DNA of 64,000 bases from Alphaproteobacteria bacterium (GCA_965248835.1 CBDFLJ010000001.1:672001-736000), one strand, 5' to 3'; numbered from the stretch's first letter, positions 34,431 to 44,834 are shown. Translations and numbers: made by a program. Notes: generated by a model from the sequence alone, not told the origin.

Positions 34431-36131
34431 GTGCGCTACGACTACATCATCGTCGGCGGCGGCTCGGCGGGCTGCGTGCTGGCCAATCGGCTGTCGTCGC
34501 GGCCGGGCAGGTCGGTGCTGCTGATCGAGGCCGGGATGGACACCCCGCCCGATCGGGTGCCCCAGGACATCCTGGATTCCTATCCGTTGGTCGCATATTT
34601 CAATCCCACATTCCAGTGGACCGACCTGCGGGTGCATTTGCACGCGATCTCCCACAACGCGCCGCGCACCGCGCCGGAACGGCGCTACGAGCAGGCCCGC
34701 GTGATGGGCGGCGGGTCCTCGATCAACGCCCAGCTCGCCAACCGCGGCGCGCCGGCCGACTACGACAACTGGGAGTCGATGGGTGCCACGGGCTGGAACT
34801 GGCAGGGCGTGCTGCCCTATTTCAGGAAGCTCGAGCGCGACATGGACTTCGACGGCCCGCTGCACGGCAAGGACGGACCGCTGCCGATCCGCCGTATCCT
34901 GCCCGATGTCTGGCCGGGCTATGCCGCCGCCGCCGCCAAGGCGTTCGCCGCGCAGGGCCATGCCTACCGCGAGGATCAGAACGGCCCCTTCGAGGACGGT
35001 TATTTCCCGATCACCATCTCCAATCTCTACGACCGCCGGGTCTCCGCCGCGATCGCCTATCTCGACAACGCGACGCGCGCGCGCGCCAACCTGCGCCTGC
35101 TTGCGGAGCGCCAGGTCCAGAAGGTGCTGTTCGAGGGAACCCAAGCGGTGGGCGTCCAGGTCTCCGCGCCCGACGGCAGCGCCGGCGAGCGGATCGAAGG
35201 CTCGGAGATCATCCTGAGCGCGGGTGCGATCCATTCCCCTGCAATGCTCATGCGCTCGGGCGTCGGGCCGGCCGCCCATCTGGCCGAGCACGGACTCGAC
35301 GTGGTCGCCGACGTCCCGGCGGTCGGCCAGAACCTGGGCGAGCACCCCGCGACCGGGGTGTCGGCCTATATCGACGAGGCGGCCCGGATGCCGGCAATCC
35401 AACGCCGGCACATCCATGTCGCGCTGCGCTACTCCTCGGGCTTCGAGGATTGTCCGCAGGGCGACATGTACATGGCTGCGGTCGGGAAATCCGCCTGGCA
35501 TCCGATCGGTTGGCGGCTGGGCTCGTTCCTGCTCTGGGTAAACCGGTCCTATTCGCGCGGCCAAGTGCGGCTCGCCTCCGCCGACTGGCGCGCCGAGCCG
35601 TATGTCGCGTTCAACCTCCTGTCCGACCGGCGCGACCTGGAGCGGCTGAAGATGGGGCTGCGCAAGATGGCGGGCCTGTTCGAGACCGGGCCCATGAAAG
35701 CCATCGCGCACGACCCCTTTCCGTCGAGCTACTCGGAGCGGGTGAGGAGTGTCGGCGTGGTCAACCGGGCGAACTACATCAAGACCGGAATCGCGGCCAG
35801 GCTGATGGATTCATCGGCGGTGATCCGCCGCTACATGATCCGCAACCTGCTGACCGACGGCGAGGATCTCGCCGCTCTGGCGGCCAGCGACGACGTGTTG
35901 GAGGACTATCTCCGCCGCGCGGTCCACGGCACATGGCATGCCTCCTGCACCGCGCGCATGGGCCGCGGCGAAGATCCGTCCGCGGCCACCGACCCGGCCG
36001 GCCGGGTCCGCGGCACCGCGAGCCTGCGGGTGGTCGACGCCTCGGTGATGCCGGCGACGCCGTGTGCCAACACCAACATCCCGACCATCATGATCGCCGA
36101 GAAGATGGCCGAGGCGATTCTGACGGTATAG
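34431..36131 (+). CDS. GMC family oxidoreductase
   Basis: GGGSAGC, GGGSSIN, VGQNL, WHASCTARMG, VVDASVMP, ANTNIPTIMIAEK. Confidence 0.94.
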   Translation: MRYDYIIVGGGSAGCVLANRLSSRPGRSVLLIEAGMDTPPDRVPQDILDSYPLVAYFNPTFQWTDLRVHLHAISHNAPRTAPERRYEQARVMGGGSSINAQLANRGAPADYDNWESMGATGWNWQGVLPYFRKLERDMDFDGPLHGKDGPLPIRRILPDVWPGYAAAAAKAFAAQGHAYREDQNGPFEDGYFPITISNLYDRRVSAAIAYLDNATRARANLRLLAERQVQKVLFEGTQAVGVQVSAPDGSAGERIEGSEIILSAGAIHSPAMLMRSGVGPAAHLAEHGLDVVADVPAVGQNLGEHPATGVSAYIDEAARMPAIQRRHIHVALRYSSGFEDCPQGDMYMAAVGKSAWHPIGWRLGSFLLWVNRSYSRGQVRLASADWRAEPYVAFNLLSDRRDLERLKMGLRKMAGLFETGPMKAIAHDPFPSSYSERVRSVGVVNRANYIKTGIAARLMDSSAVIRRYMIRNLLTDGEDLAALAASDDVLEDYLRRAVHGTWHASCTARMGRGEDPSAATDPAGRVRGTASLRVVDASVMPATPCANTNIPTIMIAEKMAEAILTV

Positions 36132-36209
36132 AGAGCAGGGACGGCCGCTTGTGATCGGCGCGTCGCCGGTGCTACCGTCCGCGCCGCGCCGGTTGGATGG
36201 GGTCGGGTG

Positions 36210-37820
36210 ATGGCAGCCAATTTTCGGGATCTCCTCGAGGACCTTCGGGCCGCCGGGCAACTCGTCGAAGTGGCCCGCCCGGTGGACATCCGCCATATCG
36301 CGGCGCTGGTCGACCAATCCGACAAGGCCCTGCTGTTCACCAACGTGAACGGCTACGACATGCCGGTGGTCTCGGGCGTGATCAACGACCGCGACCGGCT
36401 GGCGATCGCGATGGGCTGCGATTTCGGGGCAATCGAGGGGCGGGTGCGCGACGGGCTCGACAGGCCGATCGCACCGCGCACGGTCAATTCGGGGCCGGCG
36501 CGCGAGGTGATGGTCGAGGGCGATGCGGTCGATCTCTACGGATTGCCGATCCCCCTGTTCTCCGTGCTCGACGGCGGGCCGATGATCACCGCGGGCGTGA
36601 CCCTGGCGCGCGATCCGGACGGCGAGCACGGGCTGAATGCCGGGGTCTACCGCTTCCTGGTCAAGGAGCGCGCGCTGACCGGCATCGACATCGTTACCCC
36701 CAACAACCTCAGGCGGTTCGCCGAGAAAGCGTTCGCGCGGGGCGCGCCGCTGCCGATCTCGATCAATATCGGCACCCACCCGATCGAGGTGATCGCGGCG
36801 ACCTACAAGGCGCCCATCGGCACCAGCGAGGTCGCGATCGCCGGCGGGATGCGGGGCGAGGGGCTGGCGTTGACCCCCTGCAAGACGGTCGACATCGACT
36901 GCATCGCCGATGCCGAGATCGTGCTCGAGGCGGAGATCCTGCCCACCGGCTGGACCCGGCCGGAAGGGCGGTTCGGCGAGTTCACCCGGCTGATGGGCGG
37001 GCTGCACTGGAACCCGCTGGTCCGCATCACCGCGATCTCGATGCGCAAGCAGGCGGTCTACTACGCGCTGCACATGCCGTGGGAGAACATCTGGCCGTCG
37101 GGGCCGATCTACGAGGCCGCGGTCAGGCGGGTGTGCCACGAGGCCGGCGTCCAAGTCACCGCTGTCAACATTACGCCCGGCGGATGCTGCCACTGGCACG
37201 CGGTGATCGCGATCAAGCCGCACCCGGGCGACGGCAAGAACACGATCGCCGCCGCGCTCTCGGTCGCCGACATGAAGCACGTCACCGTGGTCGAGGACGA
37301 TATCGACGTCTTCGATGCGGTGGACGTCGAATGGGCGGTGGCAACCCGCGTCCAGGCCGACCGGGACGTCCTGATCCTTTCCAACGCCCGCTCCAAGCCG
37401 CTCGATCCGAGCCTCCGGATCGAGCCCGGCAAGGTGCCGACCACCGCCAAGATGGGCATCGATGCGACGATCGCCGACGATGTGCCGCGCGAGCGGTTTC
37501 ACCGGATTTCCTACGCCTATGCCGATCAGGTGCGGATCGGCGATTACCTGGGCGGCGCCAACGGGGCCGAGGCGCCGGCGCTCCAGGCGATCGATCCGGC
37601 CGATCTCGGGGCGCGGATCAAGGCGGACATCGAGGCGGCGCCGGCCTATTTCGCCGAGCTCGCCGAGCGTTATGCCGCCCACGGATTCCAGGCCGTTGCC
37701 CGTGCGTTGGGCGATCTGCATGCGGCCGATGTCCTGTGGCAGGACGCCGAGGGCCGGCATTGCCTGAAGGACTCATCGTTTGCCGCCGTGCCGCCGGCAG
37801 CGAAACGGACGGGTTCGTGA
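36210..37820 (+). CDS. UbiD family (prFMN-dependent) decarboxylase with C-terminal extension
   Basis: DGGPMITAG, NAGVYR, EGRFGEF, VEDDIDVFD...WAVATR, LDPS, KMGIDAT. Confidence 0.92.
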   Translation: MAANFRDLLEDLRAAGQLVEVARPVDIRHIAALVDQSDKALLFTNVNGYDMPVVSGVINDRDRLAIAMGCDFGAIEGRVRDGLDRPIAPRTVNSGPAREVMVEGDAVDLYGLPIPLFSVLDGGPMITAGVTLARDPDGEHGLNAGVYRFLVKERALTGIDIVTPNNLRRFAEKAFARGAPLPISINIGTHPIEVIAATYKAPIGTSEVAIAGGMRGEGLALTPCKTVDIDCIADAEIVLEAEILPTGWTRPEGRFGEFTRLMGGLHWNPLVRITAISMRKQAVYYALHMPWENIWPSGPIYEAAVRRVCHEAGVQVTAVNITPGGCCHWHAVIAIKPHPGDGKNTIAAALSVADMKHVTVVEDDIDVFDAVDVEWAVATRVQADRDVLILSNARSKPLDPSLRIEPGKVPTTAKMGIDATIADDVPRERFHRISYAYADQVRIGDYLGGANGAEAPALQAIDPADLGARIKADIEAAPAYFAELAERYAAHGFQAVARALGDLHAADVLWQDAEGRHCLKDSSFAAVPPAAKRTGS

Positions 37821-37851
37821 GCCCGTCTGTCGCCGCGCCGGACCCGGCGGC

Positions 37852-38367
37852 TCAGGAGTCGTAGCGGATCAGCGTATCGACGGGCACGTCGAGCCGCCGT
37901 CGCCCGCCGAGGAAGGCGAGTTCGATGATGCAGGCCGCTCCTTGGACATCGGCGCCGACGCCGCGCAGGAGTTCGATTGCCGCCGCCATCGTGCCGCCGG
38001 TCGCCAGCAGGTCGTCGACGACCACGACACGCTGGCCGGGCGTGATCGCGTCGGCCTGGATCTCGACCGTATCGGTGCCGTATTCAAGGTCGTATTCATA
38101 GGCGATGGTCTCGCCCGGCAGCTTGTCCTTCTTGCGGACCATGGTGAAGCCGAGCCCGAGACGCAGCGCCAAGGGCGCCGCCACCAGGAAACCGCGGGAC
38201 TCGATTCCGATGAGCCGTTCGGGCCCGTGCCGGGCGACGGCGTCGGCCATTCCGGTGACCGCGCTCTGCCATGCCTGGGCGTGCTGCAAGAGCGTCGAGA
38301 TGTCGTAGAACAGGATGCCCGGCTTGGGAAAATCGGGGACCTGTCGGATATGCTGCTTCAAATCCAC
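37852..38367 (-). CDS. apt: adenine phosphoribosyltransferase
   Basis: [37 protein letters not shown]; GTG start 38367 (ORF opens at 38406). Confidence 0.96.
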   Translation of the reverse strand: MDLKQHIRQVPDFPKPGILFYDISTLLQHAQAWQSAVTGMADAVARHGPERLIGIESRGFLVAAPLALRLGLGFTMVRKKDKLPGETIAYEYDLEYGTDTVEIQADAITPGQRVVVVDDLLATGGTMAAAIELLRGVGADVQGAACIIELAFLGGRRRLDVPVDTLIRYDS

Positions 38368-38461
38368 CGTGAATCCAGCGGTTGCCGGTCCCGTGTTCGT
38401 GGCCATCCTAGCCGCCGCGACCGCCTTGCGCTACCGATCGGCACGGGGTTCACTCGCCGGC

Positions 38462-39319
38462 ATGGCAACGGTCCTCCCCCTTTGGATCGCGGTGATGCTC
38501 CTCGGCAGCTCGGCAGCGGCCGCGGGATTCCGCGCGCCGGAGACCGTACCCGTCGCGGCCGGGCCCTATGTCGCGGGCTCGGACCGCGCGGAGCGCGAGG
38601 CCGCCTATCGGCTGGACGAGGAGGCCTACGGCCATTCGATCACCCGCCGCGACCGGTGGTACGAGAACGAGCCGGCGCGGCAGACCCGGACCCTCTCCGG
38701 TTTCCAGATCATGCGCACGCCGGTCACCAACGTCCAGTACGCGGTTTTCCTCGCCGAGACCGGACACCGCGCGCCCGACGTGGAAGCCGGGACCTGGGCG
38801 GGCTACCGGCTGATCCACCCCTATGCGCGCACCAGGCGCCACGCCTGGAAGAACGGACGCCCGCCGCCCGGGCGCGGCCGTCATCCGGTGGTGATGGTCT
38901 CCCACGGCGATGCGTCGGCCTATACCGCCTGGCTCGGCCGCAAGACCGGGATCGCCTGGCGCCTGCCCAGCGAGGCGCAATGGGAAAAGGCCGCGCGCGG
39001 CGCGGACGGCCGGATGTTCCCCTGGGGCGCAAGCTTCGATCCCGGCGTGCTCAACAGCGCCGATGCCGGCCCTTTCGATACCGTCCCGGTCGATCGGAAC
39101 GTCGCGGGGGCGAGCACCTACGGGATGCTGGACGCGGCAGGGCAGGTCTTCGAATGGACCGCCACGCCGGGCCGGTCCGGGCGGTTCGTCGTCAAGGGCG
39201 GGTCGTGGGACGACAAGGGTTGTGGCGTCTGCCGCCCGGCCGCCCGCCATACCTGCCCTGCTGCCATCAAGCACATCCTGATCGGCTTCCGCCTGGTAAG
39301 CGGCCCGGATGAGCAATAA
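38462..39319 (+). CDS. FGE-sulfatase (SUMF1) domain exported protein
   Basis: Signal peptide; PVTN.QY, HPVV.VS, RLPSEAQWEKAARG, FPWG, G.V.EW, KGGSW, GFR. Confidence 0.88.
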   Translation: MATVLPLWIAVMLLGSSAAAAGFRAPETVPVAAGPYVAGSDRAEREAAYRLDEEAYGHSITRRDRWYENEPARQTRTLSGFQIMRTPVTNVQYAVFLAETGHRAPDVEAGTWAGYRLIHPYARTRRHAWKNGRPPPGRGRHPVVMVSHGDASAYTAWLGRKTGIAWRLPSEAQWEKAARGADGRMFPWGASFDPGVLNSADAGPFDTVPVDRNVAGASTYGMLDAAGQVFEWTATPGRSGRFVVKGGSWDDKGCGVCRPAARHTCPAAIKHILIGFRLVSGPDEQ

Positions 39320-40031
39320 CCCGCCCAAGGCCTTCGTCCTGGTCCACGGCACATCCCATGGCGGCTGGTGCTGGGCCCGCGTCGCCCGCCTGCTGCGCGC
39401 GCAGGGCCACGACGTGTTCGCGCCGACCTTGACCGGTGTCGGCGAGCGGTCCCACCTTTTGCGCCCCGGGATCGATCTCGATACCCACATCACCGATGTG
39501 GTCAATGTCATCAGGTGGGAACGGCTCCAGGACGTGGTGCTGTGCGGCCATTCCTACGGCGGCTGGGTGATCTCGGGAGTCGTCGAGCAGGTGCCCGAGC
39601 GCATCGGATCGATCGTCTACGTCGATGCGTTCCTGCCCGAGGACGGCCAGCGCGGAATCGACCTGCAATCGCCGGAGAGCAGCGCCGAGGTGCTGGACGC
39701 CGCGGAAAAGGGCGAGACGGCGCGCCCGGCGCACTCGGCCGCGCGCTACGGGCTCAACCGGGCGGACCTTGCCTGGGTCGATCCGCTGCTTACGCCCCAG
39801 CCGGTCGGCGTGTCGCTGCAGCCCATCCGGCTTACCGGTGCGCGCGAGCGCGTGGCGAGGAAGGCTTACGTGCTCGCAACGGGCTATGCCGAAGCGAACC
39901 CCCGGTTCGCCGAGGCCTACAGGAGGCTCAAGCCCGACCCGACCTGGCGCCTGTTCGAGGCCCCCTGCGGCCACGAGGTGATGCTCGACATGCCGGATCT
40001 GGTGGCCGAGATCCTGCTGGACGTCGCCTGA
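39309..40031 (+). CDS. alpha/beta hydrolase (esterase)
   Basis: LVHGTSHGGWCW, GHSYGG nucleophile elbow, GHEVM. Confidence 0.92.
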   Translation: MSNNPPKAFVLVHGTSHGGWCWARVARLLRAQGHDVFAPTLTGVGERSHLLRPGIDLDTHITDVVNVIRWERLQDVVLCGHSYGGWVISGVVEQVPERIGSIVYVDAFLPEDGQRGIDLQSPESSAEVLDAAEKGETARPAHSAARYGLNRADLAWVDPLLTPQPVGVSLQPIRLTGARERVARKAYVLATGYAEANPRFAEAYRRLKPDPTWRLFEAPCGHEVMLDMPDLVAEILLDVA

Positions 40032-40074
40032 CCGGGGTGCGGGCCGGACCGGACCGAGCCGGCTGGAACAGGCC

Positions 40075-40830
40075 TCAATGCATCGCCGCGCCGCCGTCTA
40101 CCACCAGGGTCTGGCCGGTGACGAAGTCGCTGTCGGGCGAGCACAGGTAGATCATCGCGCCCAGCAGGTCTTCGGGTACCTCCTCACGCTTGATCGCGCG
40201 GCTTGCGAGGTTGACCGCCTTGTTGCCCGCGAACTGATCGCTGGCCGCTATCGCTTCGCTCATCGTCAGGCCGGGCGCGATGCAGTTCACGCAGATTCCG
40301 TGATCGCCGACCTCGCGGGCGAGCGCGCGGGTGAGCGCGATGACCGCGCCCTTGGAGCTGACATAATGCAGCATCCGAGGCGTTCCCTTGAACACCGTGC
40401 CCGATGAGATGTTGACGATCTTGCCGTAGCCGGCCGCCCGCATATGCGGCACCACGGCCTTGGCGAAGGAGAACGTGCCGCGGGTGTTGACCCGCATCAC
40501 CGAATCCCATTCCGCCTCGTCGATGTCGAGGAACGAGCCGTGGTCGAAATCGACCACCCGGGCGGCGTTGTTGACCAGGATATCGATCCGCCCGAAGGCT
40601 TCCATGGTCGCGGCGACCGCGGCCGCGATCTGACCGGTATCGGTAACGTCGCACGCGAACCCCAACGCCCGCCCGCCGGCATCGGTGATCGATGCCACGG
40701 TGGCGGCGGTATCGAGCACATCGGCGGCGGCAACCGCCGCTCCTTCGCCAGCCAGCGCGTTTGCGTAGGCGGCACCCAGGCCGCGCCCCCCGCCGGTTAC
40801 GATCGCAACCCGTCCGTCCAGTCGACCCAT
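40075..40830 (-). CDS. SDR family oxidoreductase
   Basis: TGGGRGLG, NNA, YVSSKG, PG, VTGQ..VDGG. Confidence 0.94.
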   Translation of the reverse strand: MGRLDGRVAIVTGGGRGLGAAYANALAGEGAAVAAADVLDTAATVASITDAGGRALGFACDVTDTGQIAAAVAATMEAFGRIDILVNNAARVVDFDHGSFLDIDEAEWDSVMRVNTRGTFSFAKAVVPHMRAAGYGKIVNISSGTVFKGTPRMLHYVSSKGAVIALTRALAREVGDHGICVNCIAPGLTMSEAIAASDQFAGNKAVNLASRAIKREEVPEDLLGAMIYLCSPDSDFVTGQTLVVDGGAAMH

Positions 40831-40957
40831 CGCGCGCTTCCTCCGCTTGAGACCCGTTGGCCGGTGAGAATAGCCGGGCACCTGGATGCTTCTCAATGCC
40901 TGCGGTTTGGCGATACTGTGGGGCCGGACAGGATGCGACGTTCCGATGGAGGTCCAG

Positions 40958-41779
40958 ATGGCGGGCAGCCTGAGCGCGGCCGAAGTGGCCCATTTCCGCG
41001 ACCAGGGATATCTCTATCCCAAGCGCGCGATCCCGGGCGAGAAAGCCGACGAATACCGCCGCCTGCTCGATCACTACGAGACCGTGCTGGGGACCGAGCC
41101 GCAGACCTATCTGAAGATCAAGGCCCACGTGGCCGCGCCCTGGATCGTTGATCTGGCGTGCAGCGCAGCGATTCTGGATGCGGTCGAATCGCTGCTTGGG
41201 CCGGACATCCTGCTTTTCGGCACTTCGCTGTTCGCCAAGAAAGGCAACGATCCGCGCTTCGTTTCCTGGCACCAGGATTCGGCCTATTACGGGCTCGACC
41301 CGCACGAGGAGGTGACGGCGTGGGTGGCGTTGACCCCTTCGACGCGCGAGAACGGCTGCATGCGGGTGATGCCGGGCTCCCACAACGGCCCCGACCTGGT
41401 CCATGAGGAGACCTACGATCCCGAGAACCTGCTCGCCCGCGGCCAGTCGATCCACGGCCTGGACGACGACGAGGCGGTCTATATGGAGCTCCAGGCCGGC
41501 GAGTTCTCGATTCACCACGAGCGGACCGCGCACGGCTCGCTGGCCAACCAATCCGATCGGCCCCGCGTCGGCGTGGCCTATTTCTACATGCCGGCCCATG
41601 TGCGCTCGACGATCGGCCGGCGCAGCGCGCTCCTGGTCCGCGGCACCGACCGCCACGGCCACTGGGACCGAGACCCCCTGCCCAAGGAGGATCTCGACCC
41701 CGTCTGCATGGATTTCCTCAAGGACATGTGGGCCCGCTACCAGTCGCGCGACGTCGCCCAGGCCGCGGCGGACGATTAG
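40958..41779 (+). CDS. phytanoyl-CoA dioxygenase (PhyH) family Fe(II)/2OG enzyme
   Basis: WHQD (HxD), TAWVAL, ENGCM..PGSH, HGS..N...R; GGAGG before ATG 40958. Confidence 0.92.
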   Translation: MAGSLSAAEVAHFRDQGYLYPKRAIPGEKADEYRRLLDHYETVLGTEPQTYLKIKAHVAAPWIVDLACSAAILDAVESLLGPDILLFGTSLFAKKGNDPRFVSWHQDSAYYGLDPHEEVTAWVALTPSTRENGCMRVMPGSHNGPDLVHEETYDPENLLARGQSIHGLDDDEAVYMELQAGEFSIHHERTAHGSLANQSDRPRVGVAYFYMPAHVRSTIGRRSALLVRGTDRHGHWDRDPLPKEDLDPVCMDFLKDMWARYQSRDVAQAAADD

Positions 41780-41840
41780 CGACGGCTGATCTCCTGCAAG
41801 ATCCGGCCGCACAAGGCCGAAGTGCCGTCTTGGAGTCGCT

Positions 41841-43073
41841 ATGAGCACAGCCGCCGCACGCCGCCGCCGCGAGGCCTTGATCTCCTATATGAGGGTGCGG
41901 AATTTTCGTGCGCTGCGAGATGTCGAATTCAAGGACCTGACGCCGCTAACAGCGCTCCTCGGGCCGAACGGGAGCGGCAAGTCGACGGTAATCGACGTTT
42001 TTGCCTTTCTTTCGGAATGCTTTGAGCTCGGCTTGCGGCGTGCCTGGGACAAGCGCGGGAGAGCCAAGGAGCTGAAGACGCGGGGCGCGGACGGCCCCGT
42101 ATCGATCGAGATCAAATACCGGGAGAAAGATTATCCCCTGATCACCTACTACCTGGCCGTCGATGAGCACGAAGGATCGCCGGTGGTCGTCGAGGAGTGG
42201 CTGCGCTGGAAGCGGGGCAGCTACGGCCGACCGTTCAAATTTCTCGAATACCGCGAAGGCCGCGGTGAAACCATTAGCGGAGAGCTGCCGGATGCCGACG
42301 ACCGGCGTATGCAGGTCCCGCTGAAGTCCGCTGATCTGTTGGCGGTCAACGCCCTGGGGCAGTTTGCGGACCATCCTCGGGTGGCAGCGCTGCGCGAGTT
42401 CATTACGGGCTGGTACGTGTCGTATCTGTCGGCCGAAAGCGCACGCGGTCAGCCCGAAGCCGGCCCGCAGGAGCGGTTGACGAGGACCGGCGACAATCTT
42501 GCGAACGTGGTCCAATACCTCGCAGAGTCGCACCCGGATCGATTGAATCTCATGTTCGAGGTCCTGCGTCGGCGCGTGCCCCGCATCGAACGCGTGTTAG
42601 CGGACACCATGCCGGACGGTCGGCTTCTCCTGCAGATCAAAGACGCGCCGTTCAACCACCCGGTGCTGGCGCGGTTCGCCTCGGATGGAACGCTGAAAAT
42701 GCTCGCCTATCTCGTGCTGCTGCACGATCCCGAACCGCCGCGGTTCATCGGCATCGAAGAGCCCGAAAATTTCCTCCACCCGCGCTTGCTGCCGGAGCTG
42801 GCGGAAGAATGCCGGGCAGCGAGTAAGCGCACGCAATTTCTTGTGACCACGCACTCCCCGTTTTTTTTGAATGCGCTGCGCGCCAATGAGGTGCGTGTGC
42901 TTTGGCGCGATGAACGTGGCTACACACAGGCGACGCGCCCGAGCAACATCCCAGGCGTCGATGAATTTTTGCAGCATGGCGCGCTGCTCGGCGATTTGTG
43001 GATGGAGGGCCAACTCGGGGTTGGCGATCCATTGGTAAACCAAGGTGCCGCCTCGCAGCCGATGGTTCGCTGA
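41841..43073 (+). CDS. AAA_21-type (ABC-class) ATPase
   Basis: [18 protein letters not shown] signature, IEEPEN.LHP Walker B/D-loop, TTHSP; no TM partner. Confidence 0.9.
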   Translation: MSTAAARRRREALISYMRVRNFRALRDVEFKDLTPLTALLGPNGSGKSTVIDVFAFLSECFELGLRRAWDKRGRAKELKTRGADGPVSIEIKYREKDYPLITYYLAVDEHEGSPVVVEEWLRWKRGSYGRPFKFLEYREGRGETISGELPDADDRRMQVPLKSADLLAVNALGQFADHPRVAALREFITGWYVSYLSAESARGQPEAGPQERLTRTGDNLANVVQYLAESHPDRLNLMFEVLRRRVPRIERVLADTMPDGRLLLQIKDAPFNHPVLARFASDGTLKMLAYLVLLHDPEPPRFIGIEEPENFLHPRLLPELAEECRAASKRTQFLVTTHSPFFLNALRANEVRVLWRDERGYTQATRPSNIPGVDEFLQHGALLGDLWMEGQLGVGDPLVNQGAASQPMVR

Positions 43074-43078
43074 GGGCG

Positions 43079-43696
43079 ATGCCGGCACATCACTTGGTGT
43101 TTCTGGTGGAAGATGCCTCGACGGAGGCTCTGCTGCGCGGCCTGTTGACGCGCTTGCTTCCGGAAGGCTGCACGTTCGAAGTTCATCCATTCCAGGGCAA
43201 GCCCGATCTTCTGCGAAAACTGGAAGACCGGCTCAGCGGCTATTCAAGCTGGCTGCCGGAGGACTGGCGCGTAATCGTTGTCATCGACCGGGACGACGAT
43301 GATTGTCGATCGCTCAAGGGACGGCTCGAGGCCATCGCCGCGCGCGCCGGGTTGCGGACGCGGGCGGTCGCGGACGGGCGCTGCTGGCAATTGGCCAACC
43401 GAATCGCCATCGAAGAGCTGGAGGCGTGGTATTTCGGGGACTGGCAAGCGGTCCGGAACGTCTACACGCGCGTTCCCCAATCGATCCCAAATCGGGCCAG
43501 ATTTCGCGACCCCGATGCCGTATCGGGCGGGACGTGGGAAGCGTTCGAAAAAATTCTCAACACAAGCCGCTATTTCACCACCGGCCTTCGAAAAGTGGAG
43601 GCGGCCCGTGCCATTGGGGCCGAACTGGACCCGGACCGCAGCCGGTCGCGCAGCTTTCGGTGTTTCTGCGAGGCGGTCGCCGAGGCGACCGGGTGA
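43079..43696 (+). CDS. DUF4276 family (TOPRIM-like) protein
   Basis: FLVED.S, FQGK..L, VIDRDDDDC (DxD), IAIEELEAWYFGD, SRSF. Confidence 0.82.
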   Translation: MPAHHLVFLVEDASTEALLRGLLTRLLPEGCTFEVHPFQGKPDLLRKLEDRLSGYSSWLPEDWRVIVVIDRDDDDCRSLKGRLEAIAARAGLRTRAVADGRCWQLANRIAIEELEAWYFGDWQAVRNVYTRVPQSIPNRARFRDPDAVSGGTWEAFEKILNTSRYFTTGLRKVEAARAIGAELDPDRSRSRSFRCFCEAVAEATG

Positions 43697-43753
43697 GACG
43701 ATCGGGCTGCGCCGACGATGGAGGCCGGCGCGGCACCGACCGGGTCCGGGTCG

Positions 43754-44080
43754 CTATTCCCCGCCCTCGAGCTCGTCGATGATCATGCCGTTGAGGACGG
43801 CAAGCTTGGTGGCGTCGTCGTCCGGCGACAGGTCCTGCATGCGCTCCATGTACGCGCGGATCTTCGCCTTGAGCGCATCGGCCTCGGTCACGCTCAGAGG
43901 CCGCTCGAAATAATGCGCCGCGAAGCGCTGGGCGATCATGCCGAGCGCGAACAGGAACGCGGCGTGGTCGCGGTCGACCGCCGCGCGGTCGAGGCAGGCC
44001 CGGGCGAACTGCTCGTAGGCGCCGACGCCGGAGCCCGCCGCTTCCAGCGCCTCGAGCAAATCCAGATACATCGCGGACAT
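43754..44080 (-). CDS. hypothetical helical protein (108 aa), last gene of the pyr-like operon
   Basis: ATG 2 nt after the pyrE stop; protein-like composition; no motif recognised. Confidence 0.7.
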   Translation of the reverse strand: MSAMYLDLLEALEAAGSGVGAYEQFARACLDRAAVDRDHAAFLFALGMIAQRFAAHYFERPLSVTEADALKAKIRAYMERMQDLSPDDDATKLAVLNGMIIDELEGGE

Positions 44081-44082
44081 CC

Positions 44083-44784
44083 TTACGGGTTCGGTGCGAT
44101 CTCGGCGGCGCCGCCATGGGCCGCCGACCACGCCACGGGATCGTTCATGAAACGCTCGACCTCATCGAGCGTCGCGCTGTCGAAATAGTCATTCTTCTTG
44201 CACACCGCCAGCACGTCCCACCAGGTCGCGAGCGAAAGCATGGTCATGTCCATGCGCGCCAGAAGCTCCTTGGTCTGCGGGAAGATGTCGTAGTGGAAGA
44301 TCACGAAGGTGTGCGAGACGATCGCGCCGGCATCGCGCAGCGCCTGGCAAAACTTGATCTTGCTCTGGCCGTCGGTGGTCAGGTCCTCGACCAGCAGGAT
44401 CCTGAGACCCGGGGCGAAATCACCCTCGATCTGGGCGTCGCGCCCGAAGCCCTTGGCGGCCTTGCGCACATACTGCATCGGCAGCATCAGCCGGTCGGCG
44501 AGCCAGGCGGCGAACGGGATGCCCGCGGTCTCGCCGCCGGCGATCGTATCGATGGTCTCGAAGCCGACCTCGCGGACGATCATCGAGGCGGCGAAATCCA
44601 TCAGCGTCTGGCGGACCCGGGGAAACGAGATCAGCCTGCGGCAATCGATATAGACCGGGCTCGCCCAGCCCGAGGTAAACCGGAAAGGCTCATCGGCGCG
44701 GAACCGGACCGCCTCGACCTCGATAAGCATGCGCGCGGTCATCTCCGAGACCAGCGCCTTGTCGGGAAAGGCCGTCGGCAGCAT
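44083..44784 (-). CDS. pyrE: orotate phosphoribosyltransferase
   Basis: [38 protein letters not shown]. Confidence 0.93.
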   Translation of the reverse strand: MLPTAFPDKALVSEMTARMLIEVEAVRFRADEPFRFTSGWASPVYIDCRRLISFPRVRQTLMDFAASMIVREVGFETIDTIAGGETAGIPFAAWLADRLMLPMQYVRKAAKGFGRDAQIEGDFAPGLRILLVEDLTTDGQSKIKFCQALRDAGAIVSHTFVIFHYDIFPQTKELLARMDMTMLSLATWWDVLAVCKKNDYFDSATLDEVERFMNDPVAWSAAHGGAAEIAPNP

Positions 44785-44834
44785 TCAAACCTCCCAGGTC
44801 GTTGTCCCGCCCCTCGCGAACCCGACCCGTCGGG

